Positions 10,228 to 19,661 of a stretch of DNA of 49,065 nt are shown one piece after another. Made by a program: the position numbers and the translations under genes. Source of the stretch: an uncultured Campylobacterales bacterium (GTDB taxonomy: Bacteria; Campylobacterota; Campylobacteria; Campylobacterales; JAADDG01); the NCBI GenBank assembly GCA_964590185.1, contig CAZPVZ010000197.1, positions 1-49,065 on the forward strand, written 5' to 3'. A model generated the notes under the pieces. That model had not been told where the DNA came from, made no database searches, and saw only the letters and a program-made list of their open reading frames with translations. Positions within the stretch are counted from its first letter, which is position 1. The number at the start of each line of letters is the position of its first letter.

Positions 10228-10551
10228 ATGAAAAACAGAATCGACGAGATTTTCAAAAAGATAAAAGAGGGCGGTTATATAGAACTTGAGGAGACGAAGC
10301 TTTTGATAAAGCTTCTTGCCAAAAAGGATAAAAAGGAGGAAGAGAGAGAATTTATAAAAGAACAGCTTAAAGATCTTGCGAGAATGGGATTTGGAGGAGC
10401 GGTGACGGCTCTCCCTTTCGGGAGCGTGCTTTTTCTTTTGATGGCGAAATCTTTAAAAAAGGCCGGAGACGTTGAGCTTTTGCCTTCCGGTTTTTTGGAG
10501 GACGCGAAACTTCATAAACTCGTTGAGGAAGAGAAAAAGAAGAAAAAATAG
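10228..10551 (+). CDS. Small hypothetical protein with one central hydrophobic segment and a K/E-rich tail
   Basis: The ATG directly follows the mfd stop. 107 aa with one TM-like segment (GFGGAVTALPFGSVLFLLMA). No family recognised. Confidence 0.5.
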   Translation: MKNRIDEIFKKIKEGGYIELEETKLLIKLLAKKDKKEEEREFIKEQLKDLARMGFGGAVTALPFGSVLFLLMAKSLKKAGDVELLPSGFLEDAKLHKLVEEEKKKKK

Positions 10552-10563
10552 AAAGGAGATTTT

Positions 10564-11379
10564 TTGAGAGTAGGATTTATAGGGGACGTTTGCGGAAAAC
10601 CCGGAAGAGATATGATAAGGAGACACTTAAAAAGAGTTAGAGAAAAACATAAGATAGATTTCGTAATAGCCAATACCGAAAATGTTTCGCACGGAAGCGG
10701 TCTTTTGCCAAATCACGCGGCCGAGCTTTTCGATGCCGGAATAGACGCGATGACGGGAGGAAATCATACTTGGGCCAAAAAGGAGATTATTTCCCTTTTG
10801 GATAAAGAGCCCGTTTTACGACCTCTTAACTATCCCAAGGGCGTACCGGGAAGAGGGAGTTTGATATTTGAGGTGTGCGGGGAAAAAGTAGCCGTTATAA
10901 ACTTGATGGGATACTTTACGATGCCCCCCGTTAACAATCCTTTCGTAGATATAAAGGAGGAGGTCGAGAGGATAAGGAGCGAAGGCGTAAAAAACGTGAT
11001 CATAGATTTTCATGCGGAAGCTACGAGTGAGAAGAGAGCTTTGATGGAAATGCTAAAAGGGAAGGTTAGCGCTATTTTAGGTACGCATACCCATATAGGA
11101 ACGGACGATCTTTTGATAGAAAAGGGAACTTTTTACGTAACGGACGTGGGACTTACCGGGTGTAGAGACAACATCATAGGAGTTAAAAGCGAACCTATCG
11201 TAAGAAGATTTCTAACCGGGCTTCCTTCGAGATTCGAAGTTCCCGACGACTGTCGGAAGATTTTTCAAATGGTGATTTTCGAATTGGAAGAGGGAAGAGC
11301 CAAAGAGGGATATAAGATAAAAGCTTACGACGAAAAGGAAGAGGAGATAACTCAGAAAGCTTTTATCGAGGACGAGTGA
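10564..11379 (+). CDS. YmdB-family metallophosphoesterase (2',3'-cyclic-nucleotide phosphodiesterase-like)
   Basis: GDVCGKPGR, TENVSHGSG, GNHTW, DFHAEATSEK and GTHTHIGTDD motifs in YmdB (TIGR00282-type) order. TTG start after an AAAGGAG RBS. Confidence 0.8.
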   Translation: MRVGFIGDVCGKPGRDMIRRHLKRVREKHKIDFVIANTENVSHGSGLLPNHAAELFDAGIDAMTGGNHTWAKKEIISLLDKEPVLRPLNYPKGVPGRGSLIFEVCGEKVAVINLMGYFTMPPVNNPFVDIKEEVERIRSEGVKNVIIDFHAEATSEKRALMEMLKGKVSAILGTHTHIGTDDLLIEKGTFYVTDVGLTGCRDNIIGVKSEPIVRRFLTGLPSRFEVPDDCRKIFQMVIFELEEGRAKEGYKIKAYDEKEEEITQKAFIEDE

Positions 11380-12223
11380 TAAGGAAACTTCCGGCTATTA
11401 TTACGAAAGCTCCGAAGGTTTGAAGAGGAGTCGGGATTTCGTTTAAAAATGCGTAAGCAAAAACGAGGGTGAAAAGAGGTATGAAAGAAGCCATCGCGCT
11501 TAGTTTCGTTACCGATATTCTGTGCAAAGCTTCCACCCATAAGATCTTTCCGAATCCTAAAACCAAAAGGCCGTTTAAAGCGAGATAGATTAGGACCTCT
11601 TTATATTCTTGCCATTTTACGGGCGGTTCGAAAAAGTAGGCGAAAGCAAGTACGAAAGGGAGGGCGAAAACGGTTCTGAAAAGAAGAATGGTTTCGCTCG
11701 AGACTTTTTCTCTCGCTTTTTTTTGATATAGATTGGCTATCGGAGCTATTGCGGCCGCTAAAAGTATGAGAAGATCTCCTTTATTTATCCTAAACTCTCC
11801 CGGAAAAAGCACTATCAAAGCGCCGATTCCCATCAAAAGGGCGCCTAAAGAGTGGATCGGATCCATCTTCTCTTTTCCGAAAAGATTAAAATATAGATAT
11901 GAAAAGAAGATCTGCATTAAAAGGATTACCGACATGTTTGCGGCGGTAGTGTAAGAAAGACCGATATAGAGAAGAGAAAAGAGAATAGTTATAAGGAGTG
12001 AAGTTAGTATCAGATCTTTTAAAGCTTCTCTTTTTAAAAATTCGTCGAATCTTTTTTTTAAAAAGATGAGAGCCGAAAAGAATATCGTCGCGAAAATCAA
12101 CCCTCCGGCATATGAGTGTACGGCTCCTATCTTTTTTACGGCGATAATCGACCATATCGGAAAGATTCCCTCCAAAACGGAGAGTAAAATCGCAAGGAGT
12201 TCGCCTTCTCTCTCTTTCGTCAA
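11363..12223 (-). CDS. EamA/DMT-family transporter
   Basis: 286 aa with about 10 hydrophobic helices in two similar halves, typical of DMT/EamA permeases. Confidence 0.75.
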   Translation of the reverse strand: MTKEREGELLAILLSVLEGIFPIWSIIAVKKIGAVHSYAGGLIFATIFFSALIFLKKRFDEFLKREALKDLILTSLLITILFSLLYIGLSYTTAANMSVILLMQIFFSYLYFNLFGKEKMDPIHSLGALLMGIGALIVLFPGEFRINKGDLLILLAAAIAPIANLYQKKAREKVSSETILLFRTVFALPFVLAFAYFFEPPVKWQEYKEVLIYLALNGLLVLGFGKILWVEALHRISVTKLSAMASFIPLFTLVFAYAFLNEIPTPLQTFGAFVIIAGSFLITRPR

Positions 12224-12233
12224 ACTTTTCCTT

Positions 12234-13043
12234 TTAGAAATTGATTAAGATTCGATCCAAAAGCGAAGTTGGAAGAACTCTTTTTGCAAACCCCAAAAGA
12301 TAAGTCGCTTTGGTTATGTAATATCTGGGTTTTGGGTTTTTTGCGAGAATTATTTTATAAACGGTTTCGGCTACCGCCGACGCCGGCAGAATGAAAGGAA
12401 CGCTGCTTTTTTCGCTTTTTAGAGTTTTTTCGTAGATCTTTTTAAATCGCGAATTTTCGATGTCAACGTTTCTTTTGAGATTTTTTTTTGCGTTTTCTCT
12501 GAATTTGCTCTCGATCGGTCCCGTATTTAACGAAATTACATGAACGTTCGTTTCTTTAAGCTCCAGGCGTAAGGTATCGCTAAGTCCTTCCACCGCGTAT
12601 TTGCTTGCGTTGTAGGCTCCTCTAAAAGGCATGGCCACGAGTCCCAAAACGGAGCTGTGCTGTATTATTTTGCCGTATCCCTGTTTTAACATCACCTTTA
12701 AAACTTCTCTCGTAGCTTCGTGAAGACCGAAAACGTTCGTTTCAAACTGCTCTTTCAAAACTTTCGTTTCTATATCTTCCAGCGCTCCCGGTTGTCCGTA
12801 TCCCGCATTATTAAACCATATATCTATTTTTCCGTCTCTTTTTACGACTTCTTTTATCGTATTTTTTATGCTTTCGTAGTCTCTCAAATCAAGACGAAAG
12901 GCCTCAAAACCCATCTCCTTAAGTTTTTTTACGTCATTTTCTTTCCTCGCCGACGGATATACTTTAATCCCTTTTTCTCTGAGAAAAAGAGCGGTTTCCA
13001 ATCCTATTCCGCTACTGCAACCGGTTATTACTATGTTTTTCAT
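12234..13043 (-). CDS. Short-chain dehydrogenase/reductase (SDR) family oxidoreductase
   Basis: ITGCSSGIG Rossmann motif, NNAG, and YNASK catalytic motif. I place the start at ATG 13043 (MKNIVITGC...), which forms an ATGA overlap with the cutA stop, rather than the track start at 13064. Confidence 0.85.
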   Translation of the reverse strand: MKNIVITGCSSGIGLETALFLREKGIKVYPSARKENDVKKLKEMGFEAFRLDLRDYESIKNTIKEVVKRDGKIDIWFNNAGYGQPGALEDIETKVLKEQFETNVFGLHEATREVLKVMLKQGYGKIIQHSSVLGLVAMPFRGAYNASKYAVEGLSDTLRLELKETNVHVISLNTGPIESKFRENAKKNLKRNVDIENSRFKKIYEKTLKSEKSSVPFILPASAVAETVYKIILAKNPKPRYYITKATYLLGFAKRVLPTSLLDRILINF

Positions 13044-13354
13044 TCCGTTTCCTCGTCGATCCATTTAAGATATTTTTCGCTTCCATCTAAAATCGGAACG
13101 GATACGATTTCGGGAGTTTCGTAGTTGTGATTTTCCTCTATCTCTTTTTTTATCTTTTCGAAAAGAGAAGTTTTGGTTTTTATATTTAAAATGATCTCTT
13201 CGGAATTTTCCAAATTTCCTTTCCATCTGTAACTGCTTTTTATCGTATGGGATTGAATACATGCGGCGAGTTTTTTCTTTAGGAGATTCGAAGTAATTTT
13301 TAAGGCCGTTTCCTTATCGTTTGTCGTAGTTTGAACGATGCAATATTTTTCCAT
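13040..13354 (-). CDS. cutA: CutA divalent-cation tolerance protein
   Basis: 104 aa. CutA-like pattern (VQTTT...LAACIQ...YRWKG...E...KT....E....H.YE.PEI). AAGGAGGG RBS. Confidence 0.8.
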   Translation of the reverse strand: MEKYCIVQTTTNDKETALKITSNLLKKKLAACIQSHTIKSSYRWKGNLENSEEIILNIKTKTSLFEKIKKEIEENHNYETPEIVSVPILDGSEKYLKWIDEETE

Positions 13355-13417
13355 TTTTATGACCCTCCTTTTTTGGGAGGATATTTTATACTTTGTTAGC
13401 TAAAAGATTTAAGAGGT

Positions 13418-13447
13418 AAAAGCGGGAAGGAAACTTTTCCCGCTTTT
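13418..13447 (-). terminator. Stem-loop terminator downstream of the FN3/DUF4214 gene
   Basis: 11-bp stem AAAAGCGGGAA / TTCCCGCTTTT (13418-13428 and 13437-13447) with an 8-nt loop, 2 nt past the stop codon. U-rich on the transcript. Confidence 0.6.
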
Positions 13448-13449
13448 GA

Positions 13450-16044
13450 TTAAGCTTTTATGTCGGAGATGAATTTATATTCCGGAGAGTTGAATATGTA
13501 GTCTATGAGTTTTTCTCTCGTTAGGTCTTCTTGGAGTCTTTTCGTCCAATATTCAAGACCCATTTTTTCCGGCTCTCTGTTTAGGATCGTTCTGTAAGCC
13601 GCTTTTACGAAATCTTCGTCGGAAAGATTTCTCTCTTTAAACTCTTTGGAGAAAAAGAAGTCTTTTATGACTTGCTCGTAGGTGGTTTCGTTATTTTTTA
13701 GTTTTTCGACCCAATACTCTATCTCTCCGTAAGAGCCTTTTCTTCCGAGTATCAGATAGTAAAGACTCTCTATTCTCGAATAGAGCATGTCGTTCTCGTC
13801 GAAAGGTTTTAGGTCGTAGGATTTTGCGAGTTTTATAAACTCGTTGGTATATACGAGCTTATCGAAAACCAAGTCTCTGTTTAATATTCCTTCATTCAAT
13901 ATTTTGCTCCAATATGCCAACTCTCCCGGCAAAGGCTCTCTTTGATAAAGAGTAACGTAGATTTTTTTGACGTACTCTTCGTTTGAGAGGTTTTTGTTTT
14001 GCAATTCGTGAGTTAGTACGAAGAATCCTTTCGCTACGGCCGCCGCGCTATCTCCGTTTTTTAATCTTTTCGTCCAGTATTTCAATCCCTCTTCTTCCGG
14101 TTCTCTGTCTAAAACGGTGTTATAGAGGTACCTTACGTAGGTCATTGCCGGATCTTCGCCGGTTTTTATTTTGATTTTGGCGGGTTTTGAGTCTCCGTAA
14201 TCGTTAAACGCCACCACTTCGTATTCGTATTCGGTATCGGGAGATAGGTTTTCGTCGGTATATTCCGTCGTATTTTCGTCGAGAGTGGCTATGACTTCTC
14301 CGTCTCTTAAGATTTTAAATCCGGTCTCGTCCGGTAGATCGTTCCAGGTTAGGATTACGCTCTCGTATCCTTCGGATTTCGCTTTGAGTCCGGTTACTTC
14401 TCCCGGCACTCCGGAATCCGTTTTAACTTTTGCGGATACCGCCGGGGAATCGACTTCTCCGTTTGTGGCTATGACTTGATACTCATATTCTTTCGCGGCC
14501 GTCAGATTGTCGTCGGTATATTCGGTTACGTTTTCATCGACGGTCGCTATAAGTTCTCCGTCTCTTAAAATTTTGAATCCGGTTTCGTTATCGCTCGTGT
14601 CTTCCCAAATTAGAGTGACGCTGTGAGGAGTGATATTTGCGAAGGTCAGATTTGCCGGAGCGCTTAATTCTACGATTTTTTCTTTAGTGGTTACGCTTAT
14701 CGGATCGCTTTCGCTCTCTCCCCCTTCGTTTATCGCGACCACTATATAAGTATAAGTCGTGTTGGATGAGAGATTTTCGTCGGTATATTCCGTCGTATTT
14801 TCGTCGAGAGTGGCTATGACTTCTCCGTCCCTTAAGATTTTAAATCCGGTTTCGTCGTCGGAATTGTCGCTCCATTTAAGAGTTACGGAATCGGAGGTTA
14901 TTTCGGTTGCGTTTAAATCGGAGGGAGCTTTCGGAATGGATATTTCTTCGGGGACTTGGACGCTCAAAGAGACTCCTTCGCTTTTTCCGGCTTCGTTTAC
15001 CGCTTTTACGGTGTATAGATACTCTTCTCCGCCGCTTACGTTGTTATCCGTATATGTGGTGGTGTTTGCCGGAACGGTTGCTATCAGAAGATCGTTTCTA
15101 TATATCTCGAAACCGCTTTCGTCGTCGCTCGTATCCTCCCATTTTATGGTAACGGAGGATGCGTTTACTTCGGCTGCTTCCAAATTAATCGGTTCGGAAG
15201 GGATCGTTACTTCTTTCGGAGTTTGAACTTCTATGGAAACTCCTTCGCTCTCTCCCGCTTCGTTGAAAGCTTTTATTTCGTATGTGTATAGAGTATCTTG
15301 CGTTAGGTTCGTATCGGTGTATTCGGTTGCGTTTTCTTCGAGGGTGGCTATAAGTTCTCCGTCTCTTAAGATTTTAAATCCCTCTTCGTCGTCGCTTAAA
15401 TCCTCCCATGTCAAAGTTACGGAGTTTGGCGTGGAGTTTGATACTTGCAAGTTTCCGGGAGATTCGGGAATCGTTACTTCCGGTTCCTCTTTCCCGTCGC
15501 TTAGGATGATGTCGTCGAACCTTCCGCTGCCTCTTACTATTAATCCCTCTACGCTCAAAAGGTCGGTATTTGGCATCAGTTCGTGGAGTTTGTCTTCGAG
15601 ATTTACTTTGAAAGTGTGCCACCGACCGTCGTCCGCGTCCGTTCCGAGTCCGAAAGAGAGCTCCGAAAATCTTATAACTTTTCTATCTTCCGAACAGTTG
15701 CAAAAAGTTATGTATCTGTTTCCGTCGGTCGTTTTCGTCATGACGTATATTACGAAACTCGAATCGCTTTTTTGCTTCCATTCGAGGATGAAATGATCTT
15801 TATCGTTCCAAAGGGAACCGTCCTCTTTCGTAAGTAGAAAAGAGTTTTGTTCTCCGTCTCCTTTTAACTCGATGACGTTGCTTTGAAGCTCCTCGTCGTA
15901 CACTCTTTTTATGGAGGCTCCCGGAGGCGTGTCGTCGAGTACTTTCCATTTTGCGGTATCTCCGCTTTCGGCATCTTCATACACTATGCTGCCGGCATGC
16001 ATCAGACCCGCTAAGGCCATAGCCACTGCAAAGGTTTTCCACAT
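13450..16044 (-). CDS. Large secreted surface protein: N-terminal jelly-roll-like domain, 5 FN3 repeats, C-terminal DUF4214-like repeats
   Basis: Signal peptide MWKTFAVAMALAGLMHAG. Five ~88-aa repeats (VTLTWED.SDDE.GFKILRDGE.IAT..EN.TEYTD.NL....Y.Y.V.A.NE.GES). The C-terminal repeats follow Y..L..REP..EGL.YW...L. Confidence 0.85.
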   Translation of the reverse strand: MWKTFAVAMALAGLMHAGSIVYEDAESGDTAKWKVLDDTPPGASIKRVYDEELQSNVIELKGDGEQNSFLLTKEDGSLWNDKDHFILEWKQKSDSSFVIYVMTKTTDGNRYITFCNCSEDRKVIRFSELSFGLGTDADDGRWHTFKVNLEDKLHELMPNTDLLSVEGLIVRGSGRFDDIILSDGKEEPEVTIPESPGNLQVSNSTPNSVTLTWEDLSDDEEGFKILRDGELIATLEENATEYTDTNLTQDTLYTYEIKAFNEAGESEGVSIEVQTPKEVTIPSEPINLEAAEVNASSVTIKWEDTSDDESGFEIYRNDLLIATVPANTTTYTDNNVSGGEEYLYTVKAVNEAGKSEGVSLSVQVPEEISIPKAPSDLNATEITSDSVTLKWSDNSDDETGFKILRDGEVIATLDENTTEYTDENLSSNTTYTYIVVAINEGGESESDPISVTTKEKIVELSAPANLTFANITPHSVTLIWEDTSDNETGFKILRDGELIATVDENVTEYTDDNLTAAKEYEYQVIATNGEVDSPAVSAKVKTDSGVPGEVTGLKAKSEGYESVILTWNDLPDETGFKILRDGEVIATLDENTTEYTDENLSPDTEYEYEVVAFNDYGDSKPAKIKIKTGEDPAMTYVRYLYNTVLDREPEEEGLKYWTKRLKNGDSAAAVAKGFFVLTHELQNKNLSNEEYVKKIYVTLYQREPLPGELAYWSKILNEGILNRDLVFDKLVYTNEFIKLAKSYDLKPFDENDMLYSRIESLYYLILGRKGSYGEIEYWVEKLKNNETTYEQVIKDFFFSKEFKERNLSDEDFVKAAYRTILNREPEKMGLEYWTKRLQEDLTREKLIDYIFNSPEYKFISDIKA
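14249..14856 (-). repeat. Pair of 83-bp near-identical direct repeats (14249-14331 and 14774-14856) inside the FN3 array
   Basis: Read directly: the two copies differ at 2 positions (14305/14830 and 14326/14851). The offset is 525 bp, which is in frame. Confidence 0.9.
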
Positions 16045-16279
16045 TTTTTCTCCTTTTGTAAATTTTTTTAATTTGTTCTTATTTTACAATGTAAACTTCC
16101 CTTTTAATATTGTATAACAGTTTTGTTAAAGAAAATTTAATAAGATTATATTTGTTGTCAGAATATTGATATAAAAAGGAGAGTCTAATATATTTTATAT
16201 ATTTAGTCAAGCGTTTGCGGCTAAGTGCGGTAAACTTTTTTTGATATAATAAATTATTATAATTTGAAAAGGCGTTTCC

Positions 16280-17062
16280 ATGAGAAAAATCGTATTTGTG
16301 TGTATTGTGGTAACATCTCTCTCTTTTATCGGCTGTTCCGGTGAAAATAATGTAAAAAAGAGCGGGATTTTCGGGGAAAAGGTCGTGAAATACAAAATGA
16401 AAAAAGGCGGATTCGAACCGTCCGGGGTTACTAAGAAGGGAGACAAGATTTATATCGTTAGCGACAACGGAAAAGCGGCAATCTTTAAAAATGGGAAAAT
16501 AAAATATTTTAAACTTAAAAATAAAGGAGATTACGAGGGCATTACGACCGACGGAAAGAGTTTTTACATAGTTTCGGAGAAAAAGGCTTCAATAGAGAAA
16601 TTTTCCGAAAATTTCGAATTTTTGAAAGAGTATAAAATAGATAAAAAATTTGACGGAAAGAGAGTTTTGAAAAAGAGAGGAAACGGATTGGAGGGAATCG
16701 CTTTTTTATACGAAGATAAGGAGGGGAAGCGTTTCGTGGTGGCGAATCAATCCTATAAAAATAAAGGTAAAGGCAAAAGCGCTCTTTTGTTCGTTGCGAT
16801 AAAGGGAGAAAAGGTTCGCACTTATGGATACGCTCCCATGAATATCGTGGATATTTCGGGTCTTTATTACGATAAAAAGAGGGATCTTTTGTATGTGCTT
16901 TCGGACACGAACGATAAGGTTTTCGTTTATAAACTGAAAGATATGAAACTTTTGAGAGAGTTTGGGGTTCCGGGTAAAGAGCAAGAAGGAATATTTAAAG
17001 ATAAAAATTATCTATATATAGCGGATGATAACGGAAAATTTTTTCAAATTAAGGTTTTTTAA
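16280..17062 (+). CDS. Lipoprotein with SdiA-regulated/YjiK-like beta-propeller repeats
   Basis: Lipobox LSFIGC. Recurring blades (KIYIVSDNGK, YEGITTDGKSFYIVSE, LEGIAFL...RFVVANQ, ISGLYYD..RDLLYVLSD, QEGIF.D.NYLYIADDNG). Confidence 0.6.
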   Translation: MRKIVFVCIVVTSLSFIGCSGENNVKKSGIFGEKVVKYKMKKGGFEPSGVTKKGDKIYIVSDNGKAAIFKNGKIKYFKLKNKGDYEGITTDGKSFYIVSEKKASIEKFSENFEFLKEYKIDKKFDGKRVLKKRGNGLEGIAFLYEDKEGKRFVVANQSYKNKGKGKSALLFVAIKGEKVRTYGYAPMNIVDISGLYYDKKRDLLYVLSDTNDKVFVYKLKDMKLLREFGVPGKEQEGIFKDKNYLYIADDNGKFFQIKVF

Positions 17063-17114
17063 AAAATAACTGTTTTATACTTGTAGAAGAGTTAAGTTTA
17101 AAAAGGAGGGGAGC

Positions 17115-19325
17115 GTGAAAAGGTTCGTTAAGTTTCTTCTGTTTTCTTTTTTGATTTTCGGAGTTTCGTCTCTTTTTGCCGAAACGGAACCGAACGAAAA
17201 CTGTTCTCAGTCGGAAACGGTTAAAGCTCTTGAAGGAGCCGTTTCCCATACCGTTTACGATATAAAAGGAACGATCGTTTCCACCAAATGGGACGAAGCG
17301 AATAACAAACCGTATTACGATATGGATTATTACCATTTCTCTCCGGGAACTTCGGGAGAGGTGAAAATAACCGCGACCGGAAGCGGAAATATGTATTTTT
17401 GGATAGGAAAGAGCGGATGCGACGTTTGGGACGTTTCTAAAGAGTTTAATTCCGTCGTTACGCGTTCTTTCAAAGTTGCGGCCGGTCAGAGAGTAGATAT
17501 AAAGGCGATGTGCAGGTGGCCTAGGACTTATGATATAAAAGTCGAGTTTATTCCCGACGACCAAGGGGCCGCGTTGCCGAAAATTTCCGTAAAGGACGCC
17601 GAGATTTCGGAGGGAGACGAAGGAGTGGCGAATATGAAATTTCTCGTAACGCTCGATAGGGCTTTCGAGAAAGAAATTTTAGTTGATTTTGCCACTTTTG
17701 ACATAAGCGCTAAAGCCGGGGAGGATTACGAAGAGAGTAAAGGAAGCTTAAAATTCGATCCGGGAGAGACGGAGAAAGAGATAACGGTGAGCGTTTTTGG
17801 AGATACGAAAAAGGAGGCGGACGAGAAATTCGGTCTGAAGCTTTTAAATCCCGTAAACGCTTCTTTGGGAGATTTCGAAGCCGTCGGAGTGATTTTGGAT
17901 GACGACGATTCCCAAACTCCCGCGAAGTTCGACGAGGAGCCTAATAACGATTGCGAGAATTCCGAAGTTATAGAGGCTCTTGACGGGATTGCCGAAAGCG
18001 GCTCTTTTTACGGCGAGGGAACCATTAGGCCCAATAGAGACGGAGAGGGCGCGGAAGCGAGAGACTATTATCATTTTACGGTCGCTACGGATGGAACCTT
18101 GGAGATCTCCTTGAAATCCGATCTTCCGATGTGGTTTGCCGTTAGCACGAGGGGATGTTTCGTTCCTTGGGTTGACGAAACCAGATGGAACGTTCAAAGG
18201 GGAGTCGCGAAAGAGGTTAAAAAGAGCGTTGAGCTGAAAGCCGGAGACAGGGTTGATATTTTGGCTTTAAGTTATAGCAATAAAAATTATGAAGCGGATA
18301 TAAGATTCACTCCTTCCCAAATTTCTCAAAAGAGAGCCGATTTGAGAGTCGTAAAAAGGGATTTAAAAGATCCGGTAAATATCGGGGAGAATGTCGTTTA
18401 TGAGATAGAGATCGAAAATATAGGAGAAGCGGCGGCCGAAAAGGTCGTTTTGAGGGATTTCATATCCGAAGAGGCATCTTTCGTAAGCGTTAGCGGAGAA
18501 GGATTTGATTGCGAAAACGATAAAAATGAAGTGATTTGCAAATACGCCTCTTCGTTGAATCCTTCGGAAAAAGCTAAGGTGATTTTAACGGTGAAGGCTT
18601 TGAAAGAGGGAGAGATAACGGACGTTACCGAGGTTTCAAGCGATACTTCCGAAAGCGATCTCTCCAATAATAGAGCGGAGGAGAAAACGAGGATAGTTAA
18701 GGCCGCTTTTGAGAAGACTCTCATCGTTCCCGTAAAAGAGGCTTACGACGACGCGATAGAGTTCGAAATGATCGAAACGAGCGGATACGTATATACGGGA
18801 GGAGGAATATCCATCCCCAAAGATTATTTAGCCGACGATATGGGTATTTTGAAAAACGATCTCGGAAAATTCAGAATAAGAGCCGCTTTTAGATTCGAAG
18901 ATGTAAATATTTCCAAAGATACGAAGATTAAGGAGGCTTATATCGAGTTTACGGCTTGGAAAAAAGATTTCGATATAGGAGTTACTCCGACATCTTTCGA
19001 AATTTTTGCCGAAGATACGGGAGATTCCGCTCCTTTTGCCAAAGGTCCCACATACGATATATCAAACAGATTTAAAGTGGATGCGAAAGTGGAGTGGCGG
19101 GACGTGGAGCCGTGGGAGGACGGAGAAGTTTATAAAACTCCCGATATTAAATCTCTTTTGGAAAAAGTTATTCAAAGAGATGATTGGAGTTTGGGAAATC
19201 CGGTAACTTTTTTCGTAGAGCCGTCGAAAGAGTGTACGCACAATGACGAGTGTTATAGAAGAGCTTACGATTTCGATACCGATCCTTCGAAAGCTCCGAA
19301 ACTCATTATCAAATATGAAGAGTGA
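17115..19325 (+). CDS. Secreted multidomain protein: PPC-like / Calx-beta / PPC-like / DUF11-like / unknown C-terminal domain
   Basis: GTG start after AGGAGG, with a signal peptide. Two EPN(E/N)(N/D)C...DYYHF modules (pre-peptidase C-terminal type). A Calx-beta-like segment (ISVKDAEISEGDEGVANMKFLVTLDRA...VDFAT.D.SAKAGEDYE...G.L.F.PGETEKEITV.V.GD...E.DE.F.L.L). A DUF11-like segment (ADLRVVK...PVNIGENVVYEIEIENIGEAAAEKVVLRD). Confidence 0.75.
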   Translation: MKRFVKFLLFSFLIFGVSSLFAETEPNENCSQSETVKALEGAVSHTVYDIKGTIVSTKWDEANNKPYYDMDYYHFSPGTSGEVKITATGSGNMYFWIGKSGCDVWDVSKEFNSVVTRSFKVAAGQRVDIKAMCRWPRTYDIKVEFIPDDQGAALPKISVKDAEISEGDEGVANMKFLVTLDRAFEKEILVDFATFDISAKAGEDYEESKGSLKFDPGETEKEITVSVFGDTKKEADEKFGLKLLNPVNASLGDFEAVGVILDDDDSQTPAKFDEEPNNDCENSEVIEALDGIAESGSFYGEGTIRPNRDGEGAEARDYYHFTVATDGTLEISLKSDLPMWFAVSTRGCFVPWVDETRWNVQRGVAKEVKKSVELKAGDRVDILALSYSNKNYEADIRFTPSQISQKRADLRVVKRDLKDPVNIGENVVYEIEIENIGEAAAEKVVLRDFISEEASFVSVSGEGFDCENDKNEVICKYASSLNPSEKAKVILTVKALKEGEITDVTEVSSDTSESDLSNNRAEEKTRIVKAAFEKTLIVPVKEAYDDAIEFEMIETSGYVYTGGGISIPKDYLADDMGILKNDLGKFRIRAAFRFEDVNISKDTKIKEAYIEFTAWKKDFDIGVTPTSFEIFAEDTGDSAPFAKGPTYDISNRFKVDAKVEWRDVEPWEDGEVYKTPDIKSLLEKVIQRDDWSLGNPVTFFVEPSKECTHNDECYRRAYDFDTDPSKAPKLIIKYEE

Positions 19326-19343
19326 GACTTTTAAAGTCTCGCT
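19321..19343. terminator. Short palindromic hairpin between convergent genes
   Basis: AGTGAGACTT-TTA-AAGTCTCGCT spans the two stop codons. It has a short stem and a weak U-tract. Confidence 0.35.
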
Positions 19344-19661
19344 CTATTTTAAAAGATGTCGCAGGCGGGAATTATCCAAAATTTTCGCTACTTTGGCAAA
19401 TGGCTCCGTCTCTATCAAAATTTTATATTTTTCATAAGTTTTCCAAACTTTCAAGGCTTTTTCTCTTTTGCCTCTTTTATTCAATTCGAGGGCGACGGAA
19501 GCGTTTATAAAGCCTTTTAGGATAAGCGTTTCGTCGTCTTTCGTTTTTCTTCTTGGAAACCATATCTCTTCTAAAACTTCGTGGGCTTTATAAAACTGCT
19601 CTTTTTCTATCATATCAATAAAAATTTCGCACGCTTTCGTCAAAATTCTTCCTCTTTGCAT
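19344..19661 (-). CDS. DUF309-family protein
   Basis: FYKAHEVLEEIWF motif typical of DUF309. The first 44 aa of the track ORF (start 19793) overlap the ppx-like gene and look like out-of-frame junk. ATG 19661 (or 19613) is the likely start. Confidence 0.6.
   Translation of the reverse strand: MQRGRILTKACEIFIDMIEKEQFYKAHEVLEEIWFPRRKTKDDETLILKGFINASVALELNKRGKREKALKVWKTYEKYKILIETEPFAKVAKILDNSRLRHLLK

Noticed and set aside
12481-12489. T9 (A9 on the coding strand) homopolymer inside the SDR gene, as a possible slippage site
   Set aside because: A/T runs of this length are common in this AT-leaning genome (for example the A8 runs near 30921 and 45763). The ORF is intact.
14127-15462. Regular ~261-270-bp DNA periodicity that could be mistaken for a repeat array or CRISPR
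   Set aside because: The period equals one FN3 domain and lies in one long ORF. No short direct repeats with unique spacers exist anywhere in the window.
17049-17564. 171-aa minus-strand ORF, with similar antisense ORFs at 20040-20576, 35924-36421 and 36493-36837
   Set aside because: Each overlaps a better-supported gene on the other strand (the PPC/Calx protein, the ppx-like gene and the LysM protein) and has biased, domain-free sequence.
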